The translations under genes were made by a program, and so were the position numbers. A stretch of 24,803 bases of DNA from Macrostomum lignano (lineage: Eukaryota), in contig NIVC01005148.1 of assembly GCA_002269645.1 (NCBI GenBank), positions 1 through 24,803 of the forward strand, written 5' to 3'. Positions 17,201 to 24,803 of the stretch are shown here, piece by piece. The notes below the pieces were generated by a model. The model saw only the letters and a list, made by a program, of their open reading frames with translations, was not told where the DNA came from and searched no databases. Every line of letters begins with the position of its first letter. The stretch's first letter is position 1.

Positions 17201-17244
17201 TTGCTCAGGCTGGCCAAGCTGATGGCAAAGCCAAAAACACTTGA
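11276..17244 (+). CDS. C1GALT1: Glycoprotein-N-acetylgalactosamine 3-beta-galactosyltransferase 1 (T-synthase, GT31); join(11276..11434,12665..12986,14218..14562,15771..15928,17041..17244), 395 aa
   Basis: N-terminal signal anchor ([26 protein letters not shown]). Family motifs [36 protein letters not shown] (DxD), [53 protein letters not shown] and [12 protein letters not shown]. All introns are GT-AG with matching phases 0,1,1,0 and the total is 1188 nt. The exon 2 acceptor could alternatively be 12677 or 12680 (same frame). Confidence 0.95.
11831..12533. repeat. Minisatellite, 17-bp unit CCCCATGA(G/A)GAT(C/G)CATT, about 41 copies, C1GALT1 intron 1
   Basis: Direct tandem repeat. Confidence 0.95.
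13041..14160. repeat. Minisatellite, 20-bp unit TAGGGACTGTTCAGGTG(T/C)AT, 56 copies in perfect register, C1GALT1 intron 2
   Basis: 1120 nt / 20 = 56 units, with no indels. Confidence 0.98.
14640..15592. repeat. Compound minisatellite, 15-bp unit GAGGCGCCATTA(T/C)CA with higher-order blocks, C1GALT1 intron 3
   Basis: 15-bp units interleaved with a recurrent AAAGGTGCTATTATTAAAGGTATAGGCGCC block. Confidence 0.93.
15974..16955. repeat. Minisatellite, 22-bp unit T(T/C)TTGCTACCCTCCACCGCTTC, about 45 copies, C1GALT1 intron 4
   Basis: Direct tandem repeat, strongly pyrimidine-rich. Confidence 0.96.
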
Positions 17245-17451
17245 ACCCTTTCTTACTGTTCTGCCTTCTGTACATGTGTAGAAAAAGTTAACAGTGAGCA
17301 ATTCTTACTTTGCTTATATTTGAATGCTTATTTAGATTTTCAGTAGTCTATCTCTGTTAAATTAGCGTCATTTTGATACTCCGTTTTTGGTCTCAAAGTC
17401 CAAGTGCATACCGTGAAGTCATAACCTGTGACCCAAATTCCTAATCTATGC

Positions 17452-17698
17452 CCTGAAGTCCTAATCTATGCCCTGAAGTCCCACTGCATGTCCTGAGGTC
17501 CTAATCTATACTTCCCTGAACTTCCCTGAAGTCCCAATCTATACTTCCCTGAAGTCCCAATCTATACTTCCCTGAAGTCCCAATCTATACTTCCCTGAAG
17601 TCCCAATCTATACTTCCCTGAACTTCCCTGAAGTCCCAATCTATACTTCCCTGAAGTCCCAATCTATTCCCTGAACTGCCAGTGCATTCCCTGAAGTC
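17452..17698. repeat. Minisatellite, 23-bp unit CCCTGAAGTCCCAATCTATACTT, about 10 copies, downstream of C1GALT1
   Basis: Direct tandem repeat with degenerate edges. Confidence 0.9.
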
Positions 17699-18272
17699 TA
17701 GCCGAGTCGTTGACTGTTTGTTAAGATTCCATTTTATTGCTGGCTGTGCCCTGTGATCAGGCCACTCATTTATTGGCCAGCTTCTGCGCGGCATCAACAA
17801 ACCCGCTGGTCTGTAAACAAGTGGCCGGTGCTTCAATTCCCACGCATCGAACATTGGTGAATTGTGTTATTTTGTAAATTTTGCTTTACGAATCACGAAA
17901 ATCATCGTATGAGTTATTTGCTTTTTTTAAAGTTAGAAAATTATTATCAATAGGAGACTTTTGACTAAAAAAATTCAAGAAGATGAATGCAGTTACTTTA
18001 GTTATATTACTACTGTTGTTTGTTCTAACCGCCTGTGTGATATTTGCATTCAAATAATTTCATCTATTTCTTGTGTCTTATCCATTATTTGTTTTCATTA
18101 TTATTTTCAATTAAAAATGATGCTAATTTTTTATTGCGTTCTTTTAAGCAAAATAGACTCGACTTTCTTAATCTCCGAGACTCTTAGACTCTTGACAATA
18201 AAAACATGTATCTCATTTGTACTCTTGTAAATACTACCTGCCTTCTATATTGACACTCAAAAAATAAATGTT

Positions 18273-18727
18273 ATGCTACAGCAGATGGGATAGATGCTAC
18301 AGCATATGGTATAGATGCTACAGCATATGGTATAGATGCTACAGCATATGGGATAGATGCTACAGCATATGGGATAGATGCTACAGCATATGGGATAGAT
18401 GCTACAGCATATGGGATAGATGCTACAGCATATGGGATAGATGCTACAGCATATGGGATAGATGCTACAGCATATGGGATAGATGCTACAGCATATGGGA
18501 TAGATGCTACAGCATATGGGATAGATGCTACAGCATATGGGATAGATGCTACAGCATATGGGATAGATGCTACAGCATATGGGATAGATGCTACAGCATA
18601 TGGGATAGATGCTACAGCATATGGGATAGATGCTACAGCATATGGTATAGATGCTACAGCATATGGGATAGATGCTACAGCATATGGGATAGATGCTACA
18701 GCATATGGGATACATGCTACAGCATAT
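18273..18727. repeat. Minisatellite, 21-bp unit ATGCTACAGCATATGGGATAG, about 21 copies
   Basis: Near-perfect direct tandem repeat. Confidence 0.97.
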
Positions 18728-19160
18728 ACCGCAGCTCATCAGTCAACTGCTTCAGTGTCAGCTCCAAGATTTCAAGAGAAGCTCGTAGGTGTTCAAAATT
18801 TGCTATTAAATAAAAGTTCAACAAACTTTGAATCTAACTTTGTACTTTAAAAAATAAAATGCATCAAATTAGCGGTGGCATGGTTATGTTTCGCCCATAG
18901 ACAGAACAGAATTTTAAAACACGCAGCCGGGAGCCCCCATTGGCCACAGACAAATTGCTGGGGTTCAGTCCGTGGAGCAGGTCGTGGGGCAGAGGGATGA
19001 TAATTCGCTCAGTAGCAGCCGGAATTACGCTAGCATACTGACGTGCAAATTAGCAGAGCTGATTTTATAAGCCAAGACTACCGCACTGCAACACCACTTG
19101 CATAGCAACTAATTAATAAGCTATTGTGGAGTTACTTGCTGACTGCATTGTTCTCTTTAG

Positions 19161-19179
19161 TGAGCGAATATTAATCCAG
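19161..19179 (+). other. Putative 19-nt non-coding 5' UTR micro-exon of the vWA gene
   Basis: ttgttctctttag|TGAGCGAATATTAATCCAG|gtaaga. The following 299-nt intron holds the (TGTC)n tract and ends cctcacag at 19478, 20 nt before the ATG. Confidence 0.45.
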
Positions 19180-19245
19180 GTAAGAAAATAATTTATTAAT
19201 AATAATAAGCAGATAGCCTCGTGCTTTATTGCCTTTCATTGTATT

Positions 19246-19247
<2 letters not shown>

Positions 19248-19286
<39 letters not shown>

Positions 19287-19352
19287 ATGTCTGTCTGTCT
19301 GTCTCTGTCTGTCTGTCCGTCTGTCTGTCTGTCTCTCTCTGTCTGTCTGTCG

Positions 19353-19435
<83 letters not shown>

Positions 19436-19436
19436 C
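19248..19436. repeat. (TGTC)n microsatellite upstream of the vWA start codon
   Basis: Tetranucleotide tract, the reverse complement of the (GACA)n tract at about 6.0-6.6 kb. Confidence 0.96.
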
Positions 19437-19498
19437 TGTTCCAGAGCATCCCAATCCAATTCTGCTCACACCTCACAGACCAGCCAGCCATCAAGGCC

Positions 19499-22400
19499 AT
19501 GCCAAGCAGGCGCTGCTCACCGCGGAGGCTCCTGGGTTCAACCAGCTTGTCGCTGGCGCTGCTCGCGCTCCTCTGCTGCTCTGCAGCGAGCGGCGCCGAT
19601 GACAAGGACGACAAGTGCCACCAGCGCCTGGACGTCGTGGTCTGCGTTGACGCGTCCTCGTCGTCGAATGCCGCCGAGTTCGAAAAGCTGAAGCCATTCC
19701 TCCGCCAGCTGCCCAGCCGGTTCAAGGTGTCGCAGACGAAGACCCGAATGGCTCTGGTGACCTACGCCCAGCACGCCCGTCTCGTGCTGGACTTTAATGA
19801 CACGGTGACGGCAGAGGACTTTGTGAACGCTGTGAACCGGCTGGAGTTTGTGGGCGGCAAGACGGACTTCGAGGCCCCAGTGAAGCTGGTGTGGGACCGG
19901 CTGTTGCCCCAGCTGAGGCCGAAGCAAGCCATGTTCAACTTGATGTTGGTGATGGACGGCCGACAGGAAGACATCCTGGACAAGTACCCCGAGCCGAACG
20001 CTCTAAGCATGGCAAACGCCCGACAACACGTGTTCCGCATGAAGATGAAGAGAATCGGATTTCACGTGATCGGCATCGGTAGTCCCTGGCACAGGTGAGC
20101 AGAGTAGCAGATTTAACAGCAGACCAGACAGGGTTCGATTCCCCACAACTCCACGCTGCTCAGAATGAATGTGATCATGCCTGACAGAGTCGGTGCATAT
20201 CAAAATCATTGTCATTGGTCCATATACTAGGCTACTAAGAGTAGAAATGTGAGCCCTTTAATATTTTTATTACAATGCAACGTTGTCACAGATTAAACAA
20301 GCCGCACTAATTTTTTCCCAGGAGGCTGCTCTTCACAATGCAGGGCTTCAACTGCCGTCTGTCTCTTGGTATTGACAAAGCGTTCGAGGTATCGAGGGCT
20401 CTGAACTACCGCCGAGTCTGCGGCGACTGCAGGTTCTTGAAGACAAGCAAGTACACTGGGCCTTGTATGGACGGCGTTCGCTACTCTTACGAGAGCAAGA
20501 TATCAAAAGACTTCACCTTGCCTACCCCCATGAGGTGCAGGATAAACCTTTCGCGGAAAGTAGAAAGCTGCAGTGAGTTTTGAAGTTTTACTTTTTTAGT
20601 TGCCTGTATTGACTGCGGCTATTTACTAGTAAGGTGAATGTGGTGGGATCGGGGGTTCTGTATCGTGGTGGATACTGTGAGGTGGAGGATACTGTGAGGT
20701 GTTGGGTGCTGTGGGGTGTTGGATGCTGTGGGGTGGCGGGTGCTCTGAGGTGGTGGGTGTTTTGAGGTGTTGGGTGCTGTGAGGTGTTGGGTGCTTTGAG
20801 GTGTTGGGTGCTGTGAGGTTTCGGGTACTGTGGGGTGGCGGGTGCTGCGGGGTGGTGGGTGCAATGGGGTGTTGGGTGCTGTGTGTTGGCGCGTAATATG
20901 GGGTGTTGGGTGCAGTGGGGTGGCGGGTGCCGTGAGGTGGTTGCTGCTGTGGGGTGGTGGGTGCTGTATGGTGGTGGGTGCAGTGGGGTGGTGGGTGCAG
21001 TGGGGTGGTGGGTGCAGTGGGGAGGTGGGTGCAGTGAGGTGGTGGTGCAGTGAGGGGTGGGTGCAATAAGGTGGTGGGTGCAGTGAGGGGTGGGTGCAGT
21101 GAGGGTGGGTGCAGTGGGGTGGTGAGTGCAGTGGGAAATTGTGTGCTGTGGGGTGGTGGGTGCAGTGGGGTAGTGGATGCAGTGGGGAGGTGGGTGCAGT
21201 GAGGTGGTTAGTGCTGTGGGAAATTGTGTGCTGTGGGGTGGTGGGTGCAGTGGGGTAGTGGATGCAGTGGGGAGGTGGGTGCAGTGAGGTGGTGGTGCAG
21301 TTAGGGGTGGGTGCAGTGGGGTGTGGGGTGCAGTGGAGTGGTGAGTGCAGTGCGGTGGTGGGTGCTTTAGGAAATTGTGTGCTGTGGGGTGGTGGGTGCA
21401 GTGAGATGGCGATGCTCTGAGTTACCAAGTGCCGTGTTATGGTGGGTGCTGTGGTTCAGTGGTGGCTTGGAGGAGGGTGTTGTGCCGCATCATGAGTCAC
21501 CTGTGCACAAACTGTTCACCAATAAAACTGTTTTGCAGAAGAGAGTGGTCAGAGCTGCAGCAAGGTGCAGATGTCGGTTAGCGCCTGCGATGATAAGAAA
21601 CGTGCATCCATCGTGAGCTCGTGGACCTACTTTGAAAATCGTCGCATGAAATGCCACACGCATAACATTGTCGATTACGTGTTTTGCAGTAAGTGATGGA
21701 CTTGCCTATCGATACAGCTACCATCTATCTACCATCAGAAACCCGGATTCACCTACTTACAAACTTTTCTCCCTATAGACATGACCAGCACCTGTCAAAG
21801 CAAGGCCCCAGCCGATATCGCACTTGTGCTGGACATCACCCGGTCCGAGGCAGCCGACTTTCAGAAGCTGAAAGACGCCGCTAAAGCCATCGTTGGCTTC
21901 TTTGACATTGGCCGAAGCGACAGCCCCGTAAAAGTCGCCATTTTCACTTTTTACTCTTTCAATAAAGCCTATCAGATTTTGAGTCTGAGCCAAAAGAAAA
22001 ACCAAAGCAGAAATTCTCGCAATCATCGACGGCATCAATATGGCAAGCGAGGATATACGCGCAAACAGAGAATCTTACCCTGCCATTGAAATGGCCGTGA
22101 ATCATTTGAAAAACGGCTACAGCTCAAAGAGTCACAAGAACAATCACCTGGTGCTGTTAACTTCTGGAAACAGCAATCTCATTAGAAGCAAGGTTAAGGT
22201 CTACGAAGTGCTTGCTGAGCAGTCTATCACTGCCTACGCTATTGGGTGACCCGCGAATCGCATAGGTGAGTGTCCCTACCAGCGATTGTATCCCACACTT
22301 ATCCCACACTGTTATGTTTCAGGTTACTTCAATATGCTTAAGGCACTAATTATTAGTGCTGATATCATAGCAGAGTTTTACGCTGCTCAAGGGTTCTTAG

Positions 22401-24188
22401 TATTGCTCTTATTTCTCTTTATTTCACATTCTCACAGCGGGCTTTTAACCCAAGCCTGTTTTGGCAGCTTCATTTAGTCCATAGATAAAACAAAACGCGT
22501 CTAACTGCATATGCAATATAAAATAATATCAATATTATAGTCACGTCATATTATCCCTCTTTCCTTCAAGATGCTTGGTACCTGTCTGGTGCTCTCCGGA
22601 TCCGCACTGGGTACCTGGACTCCGAAGGTTGAATAGAACTTGGTTCTCCATCGTCTTCGATAGGCTTGTGGGTTTCAGCCTCGGCTCTGTCTCTGACATG
22701 GTTCCGGTGCACACCAGATCTCGTCCTCTATGGTCCTGTACTCGTCTCAGCTGTTCTCCAACCGCTTCTTGAAATACTCCCTCTCTCCACTCCTTGTTGA
22801 AGGCGATCTTGCACCCAAACAGGATTGTGAGTTTGTACTGTTTTCTTGTCCTGGAACGACACGACGATGTAGCAGTGACAGTCTAGTATTAAACTGGCGC
22901 CCAAACATTTCTCGACACGGAGCGACATCGTTGGCTCTTGGGCAGACTCGAATGGCGTACAAAACTTGTTGCATTCGAACTTCCGGGTCTGGATCGTTTA
23001 GCTGTTTTAGCTTGGTCTTTCAGCCTTTGACTGCTACCTCGGCTACTCCATTCGAAGCGGGATGGTATCTGGGTGACTTGAGGTGTAGCACTCCAGTTCG
23101 CTTCAACCAGGCTTCTGTTTCACTGGCAAGCGAACTGCGGTCCATTGTCAGTAACCAGTACTTCCGGGATGCCAAAGTTGCAAAACGTTCTTCGCAGCAC
23201 TTTGATGATGGCTGCCGCATCAGTATCACAAACCCATTCGGCGCTAATAAATCCAGTCTTGGCGTCCGAGACCACGAAAATTTCTTCCTTCTAATTGACC
23301 TAGGTCAGCATGCCACTCGCACCAGGCTTCCTTTGGTACTGGCCACGGTCACAGCTTTCTGTGACGGTCTTAGGCGTTGACACGTGTGACACTCGGCCAC
23401 GCACTTTCAATCTCCGCCTCCATATTTGGCCACCACACGTACTGCGCGCCCAAGCCTTCATTGCTTGGATTCCTGGATGGAAATCATGGAGAAAGCACAT
23501 AACTTGTGCTCTCAACTTTGAAGGGATGGCAATTCGTTGATCAAATAGCACGTCATATCCTACACTTATCCCACACTTATCCCACACTTATCCTTGTCCA
23601 CACTGCAGATTCTCAGGGTTCTCACAGCTCCCGAGTCCGACAGCAACGCCTTCCTGATCCCAGACCACTCTTCGTTTGTGAGCACTGCTCAGAAGCTCGC
23701 TGGTGCGCTCTGCGTGCAGATGGGAGCCGAGTCCAAACTCTGCGAAGAGAAGGTCGTCCGCCAGCAGTACGGGGACGGGGGTTGCCTTTTCAAGAATATT
23801 CTCAAATTTCGGATCGAATTTAAGTTCGATGCCGCTAAAAAGTGCACGAAAAAGAAGACTTTTGAGCACCGTGAAGACTGCAGTGAGTTGTTTTTATGTG
23901 TGAGACCTTTTTTGGCGCTTTTTGTAAATGAAAGCGTCTTTACTGACCTACAGTTACCTAAGTGATTCCCCGATCCCACACTGATCCCACACTGATCCCA
24001 CACCGATCCCACACCGATCTCACCTTTTCAACGTTTCCCTGTCCATCTTAAAACTTTTCACACTGCAGAAAATGTCGCCACCAGCCCATTCAGTGGAGTT
24101 CAGTACCTGCCCGTCGACAAGCCGCGTCACTGCTTCAAATATGAGAAGTCTTTCTTCCCCACCAAGAAATTTCTTGCGACGATTAAGT
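19499..24188 (+). CDS. Secreted multi-vWA-domain protein, 3' partial; join(19499..20094,20322..20572,21539..21688,21779..22265,23617..23882,24069..24188,...) with apparent indels at about 22000 and 22245
   Basis: Signal peptide ([16 protein letters not shown]). vWA1 has an intact MIDAS (DASSS, GKT, MDG). vWA2 reads [11 protein letters not shown]...LVLLTSG...AYAIG. Splice sites are canonical and phase-compatible (2,1,1,2,1,1). Exon 4 needs two single-base corrections, so this may be an assembly error or a pseudogene. The gene continues beyond the window. Confidence 0.78.
20640..21415. repeat. G-rich degenerate minisatellite (core GGTGGTGGGTGCAGTG(G/A)GG) in vWA-gene intron 2
   Basis: Roughly 17-20-bp units, more degenerate toward the 5' end. 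Confidence 0.9.
22310..22553 (-). repeat. 3' LTR of the Gypsy remnant (about 244 nt)
   Basis: Lies directly after the polypurine tract AGGAAAGAGGGA (22554-22565, minus). Contains AATAAA on the minus strand and ends ...CATAACA at 22310. The expected 5' TG is not visible. Confidence 0.65.
22310..23560 (-). mobile_element. Degenerate, 5'-truncated Ty3/Gypsy LTR retrotransposon (integrase, PPT, 3' LTR), antisense in vWA-gene intron 4
   Basis: Minus-strand translation across several frameshifts gives RIAIP...LH.FHPGI.AMK..AR (integrase zinc-binding region). The DDE core follows: [49 protein letters not shown]. It ends HRNHVR...[13 protein letters not shown], followed by a purine tract and an LTR ending ATAACA. 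Confidence 0.9.
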
Positions 24189-24334
24189 GTGAGTGAAATT
24201 CTCAGAGATTAAGGCTGGGGCTTAGAAAGTTGGATCACCAAGGGTAGGAGATTCAACGGTATCGAATTGTGGTGAGCAGACTCTAAGATAGAGGATATAC
24301 GCATGTTCAGATTCAGGCACTGAGGCAGATTCAG

Positions 24335-24803
24335 ATTATAACAAAAATCCCCACAATTTGACAGTGGCAGACGTGTGCAGTAAATTATTATAACAAAAAA
24401 ATCCCCACTATTTCACAGTGCAGAGTGTGCAGTAATTATTATAACAAAAATCCCCACTATTTCACAGTGGCAGAGTGTGCAGTAATTATTATAACAAATC
24501 CCCACTATTTGGCAGTGGACAAGTGTGCAGTAGTTATTATAACAAATCCCCACTATTTGGCAGTGGACAAGTGTGCAGTAATTGATTATAACAAATCCCA
24601 CTATTTGGCAGTGGACAAGTGTGCAGTAATTATTATAACAAATCCCCACTATTGGCAGGTGGACAAGTGTGCAGTAATTATTATAACAAATCCCACACAT
24701 TTGGCAGTGGACAAGTGTGCAGTAATTATTATAACAAATCCCCACTATTTGCAGTGGACAAGTGTGCAGTAATTATTATAACAAATCCCCACTATTTGGC
24801 AGT
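24335..24803. repeat. Minisatellite, 48-bp unit GCAGTGGACAAGTGTGCAGTAATTATTATAACAAATCCCCACTATTTG, about 9-10 copies, cut by the window end
   Basis: Period of 48 (e.g. 24512 and 24560), inside vWA-gene intron 6. Confidence 0.94.

Noticed and set aside
15933-18813. 408-aa and 350-aa PPPLLLLPS ORFs and the CCSIYPI / WDRCYSI ORFs
   Set aside because: These are translations of the 22-bp and 21-bp arrays. The Cys-rich keratin-associated or metallothionein look is a repeat artefact.
19229-19498. N-terminal extension of the vWA ORF through (TGTC)n
   Set aside because: It is microsatellite-derived. The ATG at 19499 is followed by a proper signal peptide and preceded by an acceptor.
20619-21428. 269-aa His/Pro/Thr-rich minus-strand ORF
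   Set aside because: It is the antisense reading of the G-rich intronic array.
21991-22005. Programmed ribosomal frameshift at CAAAAGAAAAAC
   Set aside because: The required shift is +1, there is no canonical X XXY YYZ heptamer or evident stimulator, and a second indel is needed at 22245. Error or decay is simpler.
22730-23380. 216-aa plus-strand ORF
   Set aside because: It is the antisense shadow of the Gypsy integrase and has no recognisable motifs of its own.

Overview
Eukaryotic (animal) genomic DNA, not prokaryotic. Spliceosomal GT-AG introns, GC-rich exons and a very high minisatellite load resemble a Macrostomum-like flatworm genome; this assignment is inference only. Four protein-coding genes lie in tandem on the + strand: (1) intronless ARL6IP1; (2) 4-exon METTL25B/RRNAD1 methyltransferase with an in-frame coding minisatellite; (3) 5-exon core-1 beta-1,3-galactosyltransferase C1GALT1; (4) a secreted multi-vWA protein that runs off the window end. 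The vWA gene has repeated 4-Cys modules, two compensating homopolymer indels and an antisense Ty3/Gypsy remnant in an intron. About 18 tandem arrays cover roughly 10.5 kb (about 43%) and account for most ORFs in the supplied track. Main observations: all seven introns of METTL25B and C1GALT1 carry a different array yet are all 919-1231 nt long; one array appears to be an amplified copy of its own exon boundary; and the vWA protein has a repeated Cys module I do not recognise. Exon models were built by hand from splice signals, phase matching and remembered homology; no database searches were run.
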